From contig JAHLWZ010000720.1 of the NCBI GenBank assembly GCA_020536535.1, positions 1 through 64,000 on the forward strand: a DNA stretch of 64,000 bases. Reading direction: 5' to 3'. A model generated the notes under the pieces. It did no database searches. It worked only from the letters and a program-made list of their open reading frames with translations, and was not told where the DNA came from. The DNA is from Pelomyxa schiedti. Lineage: Eukaryota; Protista; Evosea. Positions within the stretch are counted from its first letter, which is position 1. The number at the start of each line of letters is the position of its first letter. Below, one piece after another: positions 36,301 to 49,116 of the stretch. A program made the position numbers and the translations under genes.

Positions 36301-39300
36301 ATTGGTGTGTTGTTTTCATTGGGTAAACACAGTCCTTTAATTTTGCCAGATACTCAAAGAAATTATTTCAAAAATGGCGGGAATTGAATATGGCGAAGAC
36401 ATTAGTGATGAAAACACAGACTGCCTGGCCGGTGGAGAATTACTTTTCTCCGAAGTGAGCCTTCTAACTTTTTCCCCCCCTAACCTTCAACCTCAGGCGA
36501 TATCAATGGCTACAAATATGACACCACTTAGAAAACCCCCGTCTATAAAAAGGCTCCTGGAGGCATTGGTGTGCTGTGTTGCGGATCCAGTGTGAAATGA
36601 CTGATGATTAGATAAACACTGGAATGGCCATCCCCCTGTACGTTACAATTGCTCAACAACGAGCCTATATTGCATATAAAAACGATGCCCCACACTTGAA
36701 GAGTATTGGTGATATGATTGACAAAGTGCAGGCCTATTTTTTATCCACAAATAACTTACCTATGTGACAGTGCCAAGAAACCCTTTTACAATATTCAGAG
36801 CTTCTAATTACACAGTTGTCTATGACCCAGTTGTCCATGATACCATCTCTCAAGGAGCTTATCCACATCTATGCTTTGGAGCCAGCTTCCGCATTCCATA
36901 TATCTCGGGCCATTTTGCATGTAATCTTCATTATGTTCAAGGCTTTCTCTGCTTGACACTAATAAAAGGAGCGTTATTTTGTAAGAAAATCATCCCGAAA
37001 AACAGAGGAGGTGGGTGCCTAAATTTTATTTTTTTTTATTCAGCTGTCAACAGGATGAGGACAAACAGCGCCAGCAATTGATTCACACAATCAAGTCCAC
37101 TTTACCCGAAACAATATGGCAAGGGATAAGGTAATCCTGTTGCTCAATCCCATCTAAATCCTTCAGCCCTGAATTATACACAACATTTTGGATGCTTACC
37201 CTCTCTGATATTCACTTCCCTCGAACAAAATATGATGACGAAATTCAAAAGCAAAAACAAATTCTTGACCAAATGGATCATGATCCTCTTCCAGTTTGTG
37301 TTTCTCTCATTTGTCACAACCAATGATATTGTTTAGGCGAACAAAACAAAAAAAGAAAGAGAAAAGGAGAGAAATGATCAAGTTCAACACATAACCGACT
37401 TGTCCAATGAAAGAGACAGGCAAGATAGAAACAGACAATTTGTTATGGATCGTCTCTCAAAGGATAAAAACTCTTGGATCAAAAAAAGTTGTTTTAACAG
37501 CTAGATACAACTTCCTCTAATCTGAGACAGGTGCGAATCATCACATTTTTTTGAGCACATTCTTGCAACACTGCATATTTCCACGCTGTATGTGGTCTGT
37601 TACTGACGCAGTGTTTTGTGCCAAGTTTGTGCAAATTTTGCACAATATTGGCACACCTAACTTCTTAACTTTGCAGTACTTTCATATGGTAACAACTGTT
37701 CTTTATTTTCTTTTTTCCTACCTTTCCCAGGTACTTAAAGATGTTACTGGGTTTTTATATTGCTGCACTGAAGGGGAAGCAGCCAGAATAGGTAACCCTA
37801 CCGTCTTATTGTCACATGCTAATGAGATTTCAGGTTGTTTTGTGCGCGAAACGTTGCATTTGGTGGAGAGATGGCGTATGAGTAGCGATGAGGTATATCA
37901 AAAAGAGTGCTATAATCAGCCCGGCTTTGAAAATGATAGTCAACCGGTAAACCACTTTCTTTTTCCAGAAATGTTGATGCAACATTATGCAGCCTACAAA
38001 GCACCCCAAAGCAGATTATGATAAAGCGTGCTTTAGTTGGCATGTCGTTCTGACACTGGTGTGCATGAATGGACATCTTCTTTTCTTTTCACGGCAGGTA
38101 GGCATTCACTACTTTGCTGGAGTCTGAGGAATATATGGAAGTGCGAAATGGTCTTATAGTTCTGACAAAAATTGTTTCTGTATTCCCTATTTTAAAGCGC
38201 ACACATGCCAAGTTGGAGAAAGTTGTAAATAAGCACCGTAAAAGTGAACGTGAAGATTTAAATTTGCTTGCCACAAGGTTTGTGGCACTGCCCCTCTTGA
38301 AATACTTATCTCATTCATGGAAGGTATGGTGCTTTATTGCATTCAAAAGAAGAGGACTTGCTTGATGACCAGGACTATGCCCCAAGTGTTGTGCAACTTG
38401 CAGCCGCTACAATATCATCCTCTACAGGAAAAGATGTCTCACTATCACAACCATCAGCTGCGTCTCAGCCACCTGCACACTCCATGCAACCTGTAACAAG
38501 GACCAACTCACAACACGCTATAGCCACACCTACCTCAGTGTCCGCGTCCCCAGCGTCGGCACAACCCCACTCTTCCCACCATGTCACATTACCCGCATCT
38601 CCAGTGAAAGGCGCGCCAACAACTTCCAGCACTACCGTGACATCATCCTCTCGTCAAGATGATGGCAAGTTACCCCGGGAAGAGGATTATAACTGCAACT
38701 CACAGTATTCTTAGGAAAATCTAAGTCTGGACATCATGTAGCTCAGTCTAGAGAGGAAATAATAGCACGGTAACACGCTTTGCAGTCTTTATTTTTATCT
38801 CTTCCTTAATAATGCACAGAGATGCTAAAGAGAAGAAAGATGTACCCATGGAAGACCACTCACGGACTCACTCCCCACATCTCCGCGATGATAGGTGATT
38901 CTGTCAAAAATCTTTCATATCATAATGTTCCACTCAGGAAAGATAGAGAACTGCATCACTCGAAAAGTGAAGAGCTTATCCTCCCAGAAAAGCGAAAGGA
39001 GGCACCCACACTGGAAGGGGGGGCAGATGATGATAGATGTATATCAAGCAATACAGTTTTCTGGATTTTTAATTTCTCTTTTAGCTAAGCGAAGACGTAC
39101 CAAAAAGGATGATAAACCAGACACACTATCATCAGATGGTCATTTAGTTCCACAACCACAGGCGCAAACCTCAATACCGCCGTCACTTCCACCTCAGACA
39201 GTCAACAAGGACCCAAAGGTTTACCCTTTCTGTTTAAATGTCCCAAAGAAACCCCTTTTAGAAAAGGCGCACAGATGATGTACCTGCATCGACAAGGCCT

Positions 39301-40522
39301 AAGGACAAAAAAGAGGAAATCAGTGGACAGTCCTCTGTGGGGTCTGGTGTGGCTTCTATGCCACCTCCCCCTGCCTCTCCCAGGGAGAAAGAAATAGTAC
39401 GCAGTTCTTCGGCGGATCGTGAAAGGGAAAGAGATAGAGAAAGGGACAGAGAGAGGGAAAGAGATTCCAGATCAGAGAAGGGAGAGTACCGAGATAGACC
39501 AAGAAGCGATCACAGGGAATCTCCTGCAACATCTGGATCCTTAAGTACCAGTGGTTTGTCCTTTCCAATCCGGTAAATAAACCTTATTAAAAATCTTCTA
39601 GATAAAAGTGGGGTGAAATCTCCTCACAGAGAAGAGTCCCGCCCAGGTTTATAGTTTACGTTCTTCGTGACTTAAATGTAACTGACGCTCCCCAGATAGG
39701 TCTCATGAACGTCGATCCTCCAAAGATGCTGAAGACCAAATTCAACGCGAGCCAGAACGATCCAATTCCCCCATGATTGGCAATTCTAACAGCCTAGCTA
39801 TGAATTCTCATCATCACCATCACCATCATCAAAAAGAAAAGGAGAAAGACTCCCTTGAAAAATCACCAACAGTAGCACCCGTTTCCTCTGCAGCTCCAGT
39901 AGCACACAACCCACCACCACAAACCCCGCACCCTCAACCGGTTCCAAATATCCCGCAACAAACCACATTGGCAAGTACTTCTGGGCCTACTCCAGTGCAG
40001 TCTGCAACACAACTACAAAGAAAGGATACCCCAACGCTCAGTGCAAGTACTTCCAGTGGAAGTGCAGCAAAGAAAGACACCAAAGATACCCCCAGCAGTG
40101 GCTCAACACCAAATTCTAGCAGTGGCAGTGTTGGAGTTAGTGGTACCTCGAGCGGATCCACCTCAGAGAAACGGGTTGTAAGAATTAACCGACAGCCGTC
40201 TTCAACCAGGGCGGCTGCTTCAAGCAGGTTGTTAAATTTCTCAAACACAAATTACTGACAATAACAATCGTACTTCAGTGGATCATCCAGCGGGAACACC
40301 ACCGTGGTCGTTGTAAGTGGAAGCAAGCAAGATGGGCGACATGAGAGAGATCTATCCCAGAGCAAATCCGCGAGTTCTGGTTCCAGTAGCAGCTCCCAAC
40401 AGAAACGGGGTAGCGAAAAAGAGTATGTAAAAAGAAGCCCAACAACAACTCCCTTCACAATTTTAATAATGTTGCTTAGGTCTAGCATGAAGAGGTCTCC
40501 TCATCGCAAAGACAGAATGTAG
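33339..40522 (+). CDS. THOC2: THO complex subunit 2 (many exons)
   Basis: LLREEPAGYARLIAEL, GTFDLDTNRV, LSYDMLCYLIIE..SQWLQGLSLFCG, FLQHCIFPRC..DAVFCAKF and EYMEVRNGLIVLTKI; charged low-complexity tail. Confidence 0.93.
35882..36072 (+). other. U12-type (minor spliceosome) GT-AG intron in THOC2
   Basis: 5' splice site GTATCCTTT; branch site TTTCCTTCAC (36053-36062) about 10 nt from the AG; splicing restores ...DMLC-Y-LIIEH. Confidence 0.8.
35914..36036 (+). ncRNA. Candidate intronic box H/ACA sno/scaRNA
   Basis: Hairpin, H box AGACAA (35965-35970), second hairpin, then ATA box (36031-36033). Confidence 0.6.
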
Positions 40523-40738
40523 TAGAAATAGCTATCCCCACTCATCTCCTATAAGGTGACACAGGCGGCAGGCAAGACGGCCATAGTTTCAGTAATTCTT
40601 GTTGCAGATTGAATAAATCAATGTGAAGGACTTTGTCACCACCCACAAATTCCTCTATCACACTCGCACCGGGACCATACACCCCAGAATGTGGCCCCCT
40701 CTCTCCCATGAGGCCTGTACTTGTACACACACCAAATT

Positions 40739-41530
40739 CTATCCTTTCTTGCCACTCCACAACAGGCTCCTGTTTTTTGTGAATGCGTGAGTTTTCTGTT
40801 TGTTTGGAGCGGGCTCCAAGTTGGGTGGCAGACGAACCTTTGGGTTTGGCCTAATCACGATGGCTTGCATTCTGCCGTTACTGGCGCTACCTTCTTGACA
40901 CCACAACTTTATGCCAATTACCAAGGGAGCGGCGCCGCCGTCATTGTGGGACAACGCCGTGCAGATGCGCAACAGCCTCTCCTCAAAGCGACGACGGGGC
41001 TCGTGCTGCGCCACGTCGAGGACCAGCGCCGCTTGCTTCCCCGTCGCCGTCGAGCGCAACAGCGACATGCACGCGGTGGTGGCCCACGACGGCGCCTGGT
41101 CGGTAGGCGAAGCAGAAGCCTTGATGCACGTGTGGAACAGCCAGCTGGTGTCGTTGCCGTTGTTGCGATCAGAGATGAACCTGGCTGCGCCGCGCCTGAG
41201 GCTGCTTGGGGGCTCCAGGACTCTGACTAGGCCCAGTGCTTGGCCGGTGGTTCCAGGGGCAGAGGGAATGTGCCACTCCAGCTTGATGTCTTCTTTCGGC
41301 GCTGTGCTGTCATTGATGATGCACCCACTTCTGTTTGGGATGGGGGGTGGTGAGTGGAAATGTGTCCGGCGGGAAAACCACCGGCACCTGTATGCCAGCA
41401 TTGAAAGCAGAGTCTCAAAGGCACGGAAGCTAACACCGTGCAAATTCAGGGAGTCTGTGCTGGGTCCTCCTGTCTCGTGTATTGCCCTCACTGCCCGCAT
41501 CCATTCCTTCAGTGTCACCTTGTTGGACAT
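40739..41530 (-). CDS. Hypothetical protein
   Basis: 263-aa ORF with ATG after an A-rich leader; may contain a short intron. Confidence 0.6.
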   Translation of the reverse strand: MSNKVTLKEWMRAVRAIHETGGPSTDSLNLHGVSFRAFETLLSMLAYRCRWFSRRTHFHSPPPIPNRSGCIINDSTAPKEDIKLEWHIPSAPGTTGQALGLVRVLEPPSSLRRGAARFISDRNNGNDTSWLFHTCIKASASPTDQAPSWATTACMSLLRSTATGKQAALVLDVAQHEPRRRFEERLLRICTALSHNDGGAAPLVIGIKLWCQEGSASNGRMQAIVIRPNPKVRLPPNLEPAPNKQKTHAFTKNRSLLWSGKKG

Positions 41531-41631
41531 GCTTTCTTTTTTTTTTTTGTTTCCCCTCTACCAATAAAAGGGGCAGAAGATTAAAAATCCAAAACGTCAA
41601 ATGTGTATTAAAATAAATACAGTGGAATTCG

Positions 41632-44600
41632 TCATTCCTCGTTGAGTGGGAAAAAGAAGTGCTGAATGTTTGCCAGGTCCAGGAATGGGTCGGATGTGGA
41701 TTGCTTTGCGGAGGTTGTTGCTGTGGCCGTTTGTGTCTCACTGGGCAGAGGGAGCAACGGGATGCTGGTATGTGTGCGGGGTCGTTTTGGGGTTGGTGCG
41801 AGAACGTTAGTTGGTGTTGTTGGCGTTGTTGGTGCTTGTGTTCTCTTCCCCGTAGTCCTAGTTTAGGGGTAAAGGACATACAGGGTTGGGGGAATATTAC
41901 CTCTTGCAGCAGTCGTGTTTACAGGTTTGCTGTGAAGTGGCAATTAGTTGTGGTTTGTTGGTGAGAAAAGTTGCTTTACCTTGTTTTTGCAGTTGTGCTT
42001 GCAGGTGAAGACGGATACATTTTTAAGCTTTTCAGGTGTAGTTACCGGTGGGTGTGGAAAGGATTTCTTTGGTGGTGATGGGTCTAAATCGATTACACCG
42101 TTCTGATCTGTAACAAACTGTATCGCCGGTGAAGGAGTGGCAGGCTGTTGTAGTATTGAGGAAGATGGCTGCACACTGAACTGCGGAATATCCAGTAAAT
42201 CAAAATCGTCAATGTCAAATAGGAAGTCGAAGTCTGCGCCCTCATTCGTGATGCTGGGTGTGGTTTCTTGAGAAGTTGCGACTGGTTGTGGAGTAGGCGG
42301 GCTCACGAAGTCGCTCATTGATTTTTGGATCTTACGATGTGGCTGGGATGGAGTTTGAGGGGACAGTGTAACAACTGGTGTTGGTGGATCAGGGAAGTCG
42401 ACTGTAAAAGAGAATTTGGAATCCAGGCCCACTGGAAATAATCAAATACTCACTATAAATCTCTTCTACTACTTACAGTACTGCTCACAGAATAGAAATG
42501 CGTCATAGAGGTAATTTCCTTTTTCTGGTCTTGTCACTGCAAGAAGTTCAGTTCGGGTGGTGTTTGATCTACTACTTAGAGGGGTTTAGAAGTGACCAAG
42601 CAAGATGAAGAACTCACGCACGTATATTTCTTCTGGAAAACGATCTTGCTGTTATTCGTGACCATAATGTAAAAGCACGGACAATGGGGGTATACTGTCT
42701 CCCCCACAGATATAGAGTAATCCAATTTAAGGTCGGCTTGGGCTGCACTTTTTTTAACAGGCGATACTGCCTGAAGCAGAGTCAATAGAGTCCGTAAAAA
42801 GTTAATTGCCTGTGAAAGGATAATTGACGTGCTTGGGAGATGTGAGAGAGCTTGTTTGACTTGATTCCCCCAGGGTGCATGACGATTGCAGATAAGTTCG
42901 AGTTTTCTAGGGTCAGCTTCCTGCATAGAAGAGAAGGAGCTGATGCCGTCTGGTCGGGCTGGTGAGAAAATGGGTGGGAAAAAAACAAAACAAATACTCT
43001 CAGAAAGTGACTTCGCATATGAATCCCCAATGCCTTCTAAATGTATTGTTATGCTACCCTGCTATTATAAACACGTACGAGAATACCAATTTGCCGTAAG
43101 ATTAACGTACTTTCAGGCCACATTCTGGCATGTAAGCACTGTGTTCTACTGAACTGTGAATCAATCTAAAACAAAGTGAAGATAACTTACAGAGAAATTG
43201 CAGTTGCCACAGGTTCAAAAGAATCTCTTTCTAATAGTACACTTATCAATGCCCGAGAGATACGACCAATACAAGAAAAGATCTAGGAGAACGTTTATTA
43301 CTTGTTGCTGATCGGTAATAGGGAGTACGATTGAAGAATCCTGTTTCAAACTCCAGTCCTCAATGGTAACAGCCTGCGAAACATCACTCACAGCCCAGAA
43401 AAAAAAAAAAGAACGAAGATACATCGAGAGCAGCTTGTATAAGAGTATTGACTAGTTGGAGGTTATTTAGATTGTGCTCAATAGCAAGAGAACCTTTATG
43501 GGAGTCCGTGGTAACTTTTCCAACAGGGTATCGAACTTTCAAGGAAGAAAGTTGCTTCTTCTCGGTAGCTCTCTGGGGAAGGGAAGGGTTTTACCTCAAT
43601 GAACACGAATTGTACCAATCTTATCTCACGAAACTCTTTTGCATGAGCCAGGATATCAAGTAAGTCTTTCCTGAGTGAGGCTAATCCCATAAAATGTAAT
43701 TTACTAACCAGTATAAGAATATTTTATTGTAACAGATGAAAAGAGTTTCATCTGCATTGGGAGATCAGCTCAGACAAACTACCAATGGGAGAAGCGGAAC
43801 CGTGTCATAGGAGACGTAATAGCTTGCCATTATTCTTCCGCGTTCTGTTAATAAGTAACAGGCTTCCAAGTTAGTAAAAAGTAACCTGTTGCTTCAATAT
43901 TAAGATTGTCATCCATTGCAATTAAACCTATTCCATGTTAAACAATTTATTTTGGTTGTTGAGATGTCAGAGAGATACCTTGGGAAGAAAGTTCGTTAAG
44001 GTCCTGAATGCATAACTCTTGCATCCTATTCATCTGTTGATGAAATTAGAGTAAGGAGTAGGGACCTGGTGAGTAACGCCGGGTTATCTCCTACACAGCT
44101 GTATTAATGGCAAAGGTGTGACTAATAACTCAACCTGGTGGGATGTTGTAATGTTTAGGATTTTTTTGCAGCCGCTGCAATGGATTTTAGACTCGTAAGG
44201 AAGTCATAGCCGTACATGATAAAAGTAAGTTGACTTGAGCCAGTTTATGGCAAAGTCAATATCAGTTATAGTCTGGGGAAAACAATTAAGAGTGGACGCT
44301 TGGATAGATAGGTTGTTATACCCTCAACACCACTTCACTCACTAGGTGCTCTTTCAGGTTCTGCTGTGATTAATAGACTTTCATTTCAAAAGAGCAATAA
44401 ACCTGGATTAAACTGGAGAGGTACTTAATGAAAAATCTGACTTTAAGAAAGAGCGTACCAACTTTCAATGATCTCCTTCCGTGAGACCACTGATTCCCAC
44501 TTATGCTTATTGTCATTGGAAGTCATAATGACTGCTGTTGCAGAGGAATCAAACTGAGCAGAGTTAAAATTCATTAGTTAGGGAAAGGTTTTTCTACCTG

Positions 44601-47084
44601 AGGTCTTCCTGCCCGCCCAATCATCTGCAAAATGTCCAGTTGACTTAATTCCTGATTTAAAATGTTATATAAATTTCAAAGGATAACTAAGTATACTTCA
44701 TAGCCAGATCCATGCCGGTAGTGTACAGTGGATTTGATTATCACCAAGTGGGCAGGAAGATTTACACCAGTGGCCACTAATCATATATTTACATTCCTTA
44801 AAAGAACCCCCATGGGAAGTGAAACAATACAGGTACTCGTTGTGCTTGACATGGGTGTTAGGAATGGTAAAATTAACAAAGGAAGGGTACCACAGAACAG
44901 CCAGTTTTTGGTCTATAAATAGTGCTTCCACGAGTGCGCGGTCCTTTGTGATAAAAATGAGTTGCATTTCTAGTGGGACTACATACTTGCAAAGAAGAGC
45001 CTGCACTGTGAAACCCAATCCCTATGGAACTTAGCTTACACAGAAGAATTTTGCAAAGAATTGAGGACACCTTTTTTTAAACAATCTTTTCAATGTAAGA
45101 AAATCACCAAAAATTAAAGGGAAATAATTCTTAAAATGGAGTACCAGAAAGTGTAGGATCATGAGTTTGCCGTGATACTTCCAGTAGCCTGTACGGAATG
45201 AAAATTTGTTTGTAGAGTGGCCTACCTGTTGTAATCAATGGAAAACTGTTTGAGATATGTTGTGTCTTTTGTCAGGTACTGGGCAGTTTGTGATGCCCCT
45301 TTTCGGGAGGAGCAAAACTTGTTTTCGTGAGGAAAAGTAAAAGTTAAGGAAAGTAAACCACTAACACTGGACGACCATTACTGTACTTTTCAATGATGGA
45401 TGGGATCTATTAAGAATCAATAAGTGTGACCCATAATTCCAATACCTTGAAAATTAAATTTCTGTCAAAAAGAAATTCGTTTTTTGTGCTCTTTGGGAAT
45501 CCTGGCCATCTTCAGTAAAGTTTGATCAAAAACATATAGTACCTGTCACAACAATTTGTAGAGGAACAGGGCGGAATTCTAGCACAGTAGTCAGTGGAAG
45601 TTAGGTGATATAATACTGCCTACCTTCTCCAAACCAAAAAGTAGAGTTTTGAGGGGCTCCGAGCCTGCACTCAGATAAGATATTTAGAGAAATACCATTG
45701 AATACCAAGAAGATATATCCTCAATATTAGGGAAAGTGGCTGAAACGGCAATAAATCTCAATTCACTTACAGTACACTGACACATGCTTTCTGCAGATCT
45801 GACAGTTTTCATCCTGTTGTGGTTGAGTACAAGGCAATTAAAATTCTCAACCTTGAAATCACTGCTTCCAAAGTTGCACCCCGGGAAGAAGCAAGCAAGT
45901 GTACCTTTCATTGTAAGTTTGGCACCCATCTACTAACATTTGGTACTTCATCAATTAAAAGTAAGCCAATTTTTCCAATGAATAGAAGATTGTCTTTCCA
46001 GTGACGAGTAACACTATCCCACTTCTCTTTTTTTGTGAAGTTAAAACAACACAGTAAATATGCCAGTGACATCACCAGGAGTCGTCAAGCTACTTTAGGT
46101 TGACTAAGGCAAAAAAAAAAAAAAATTACATGATATCAGAAGAGGACAGTTCACTGTAATCAGTTATTTCTGTGTCTCCAGTAAGTTCCTTGCCTTGGAT
46201 ACGTTAGTTGTGCAGGAAAGAAAAAAGCAACATTCTATAGGAGGATCCAAAACAGAAAATCTTTTTTTCCAATCTGTGAACGTTTGTTGGCAAAGAGCCT
46301 AAAGAAATAACCATAAGACAGCAGGTGAAAGACATGGTCTGGTTTACTTTGGCTGGTGCCATGTAGATTACTTTTGCTGGAGAGTTTGGAGGTCTCCTGG
46401 AAATAAGACGACATATAGCAAGCAAGAATAACATAGTTTTTCCTGATGCAGTGGGTGCACTCACAACAACATTCAAATCACTGGAAGATATCAACAAAAT
46501 TGTTTCTTGGAGAGAATTGTGCCTGTTAAAAATGGTATCGAAGCACGCTGATTGTACTTTTCAAGCCAAGGTGGGTGAATGACAATTTGCAGGGAGAGCA
46601 GTGTACCTTTGTTGAAAAATTTATGAGGAGAGAAAAGTGGCTCAAAGCGTGTCCCCACAGCAGAAACAGGTAAATTTCCAATGTTGGAACACGTGATTAG
46701 TTGGTTAGGATTTGTCACTGCAGGGGAGGGACTTTTATCTACTAGTGGCTTTGAAAACAGTTGTGCAAGAAATTTTGATTGTCTTGGCCTTGGTGTTGAG
46801 AGTGTAGACGGCACAGAGTTAGTGGGTCGAGTTTGAGCAGCGCAGTGAGTGTTGTGTATGCTAACTGGATTAATCCTTGGTGTACAAAGTTTCGGAGCTG
46901 AGATTGGGGAAACGGAAGAAGAAGTGCTAAGAACACGTCGAGAATGCAGTTGGTCCTGAGATGCATTGTGCTGTATGACACATTTTTGCTTGTGCGGCCC
47001 TTCACACACAGCCTTGGTAGGAGGGTCAGGGGATAGAGACAAATCTGAGAAGTCGTCGCTCGAGGACATCGATTTAGTTGTCAT
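41632..47084 (-). CDS. HFM1: Meiotic DExH helicase HFM1/MER3
   Basis: APTASGKT, RFIAVSATFPN, GVNLPAHLVIIKST and QMIGRAGRPQFD; Sec63-like region; C-terminal CKHNCKNK..CC motif. Confidence 0.9.
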
Positions 47085-47346
47085 TGTGGTGCAGAGATCC
47101 ACCAAAAAAGATGGCACACGAGCGCAGGCAATTAACTCATAGCTGTCAAAACTTTTGGCAGAAACACAAACAACCCACAGCTCGGCCAACAACAAAAACC
47201 ACAACACGACGATGCACGTGGTGTCAAAAGGAAAGAAATGACACCAATGCCCGGCTCAAACGCCAACACTCATTGTTTCGTCAGTTTTTTTGAAGTCAAC
47301 AATCAGACAAAGAAAAAAAAACCACCGCTTACAACGAGGGACGGTC

Positions 47347-48968
47347 ATGAGTGGGGTTCCGGGGGGAACGACGACTACGAGCGAAACGGTGCGGAGTGCA
47401 TTCATGGACCAGGCAGAGCCATGGGTTTCGTGCACAACGGCGTCCTCTGCGTCTTTGGCCAGTTCTGCGTACGAGAGTGCAACAAATACCAAGGAAAAAG
47501 ACACAACGTCGCCTTCATCACTAAGTGCATCGGCAGGACGCGGCGAGCAGGAGACATGTGTCCTTTCGCCACCTCCACTCCAACAACTCCAATCACATAA
47601 TGTAAATACAACTGTATCAGTAGTCGATGTGGCTGAGGGCACAGGAGAGGTTCCTGATTCTACTTCCATGTCAGGTTCGTATCTGATGAGCTTTTCACTG
47701 CTTTAATTTTGATGCAGACGAACAGTTTGCTGAATTTCTGGCTAACCAAGAGAAGGAAGAAATGTTACTCTCAAAGTGTTTCTTGTAGTTACCCAACTTA
47801 CATGTAGGGACCGCCTGCAAGCTGAGAAGCGAAGGCAAGAAGAGGAAGATGAAAGAATGGCGCAGGAATTGGCAGCAAGTCTTTCAACTGCACCTCGAAA
47901 GTTTGGCTACAGACGTGTACTGGCTTACTACTTATAAAATCCATAGAGCTCCAGTTGGTGAGAGTCCCACTGAACACGATGAGGCAGAGCATACACAAAC
48001 ACACCAACTCCTGGTATCTCACGATGAAGAACTGGCCAGGCAATTGCAGTCTGAATTTAACACAGACAGCGTTGAAGCACCTCCTGATGTTGTTTTTTCC
48101 CCCTCCCCCCCTTTTTAACCTTTTTTTAAAAGTTGCGCAACATACCAGTTAGACTACGTTTCCCAAGTAACTTGTGTGTAATCCTCAATTTAAATATCTT
48201 TCACACACCACTTCATAGCGATCCAGAGAAGATACGGCTGATGGTAAGTACCGTTTGTTTCTGACTTGTACTGTTTCACCATGGAATGGTTGACAGGAGG
48301 CTCTTTTTTCTATGCATGCACCTCGCCTGGTTCCATCAGTAGATTTTCGGACAGATGTAACTCCTTTTCCTCCTATTCTCTCTCGAGTTCCAGAAGAACA
48401 TTCAGAGATTCCATCTTCACCAGTGAGCACTGTAAGGCCTCCTCTTTTTAATTCATTCTAACCTGGAGGGACAGCGATTGTCCTCCCGTAGGCTGCAAGC
48501 CGCTCTTAGTGGTAACAGTGAGTCCTCATATGAAGTTCTAGCTTCTTTTTGCAGCACAAATTTGACTTGGAAACTAGGATTTGTTACAACTCGGAGAAAT
48601 GATTGGACCTGCTGTTCCTAGAGGCGCCACTGCAGAAGTAATAGACACACTTCCAATTCACAAATTTGAGTCCAGTGTCACTGAAAATGATAAGTAAGCG
48701 GGTGCTGCCCTTATTCCTTTAACACTTGTAAAAGATGTGGAATATGTCTTGAGGACTATGAAAAAGTATGGCACGTTCAATAACTTTCTTGAGTTAACCA
48801 TGTTTTGCCCAGGGAACCCTTCTTCGAATCTTGCCGAATTGCCATCATTCATTCCACAAAACATGCATAGGTTTGTATGCTTTTTCCTCTCATAGCCTAA
48901 CACTCCCAGATAAGTGGCTTTCTATCAACAAAGTGTGCCCCGTGTGCCGCGAAAGTATTTTGAGTTGA
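47347..48968 (+). CDS. RING-H2 E3 ubiquitin ligase with ubiquitin-binding (MIU/UIM-like) motifs
   Basis: EEDERMAQEL, DEELARQLQ, LLQLGEMIG and CGICLEDY...CHHSFHKTCIDKWL...CPVCR. Confidence 0.9.
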
Positions 48969-49116
48969 GGAATTTTGGGACTCACACAGCTGGACGTTTA
49001 CTGGCTGGTTCTAACGCAGCTTATGGTTCCGTGATGCAGTCTTACTAGTAGTTACCCAACATGAAACAAAAAAACCTGAAAACGGGAAAAAAAAAGCCCG
49101 ACAAAGCACGGAAAAA

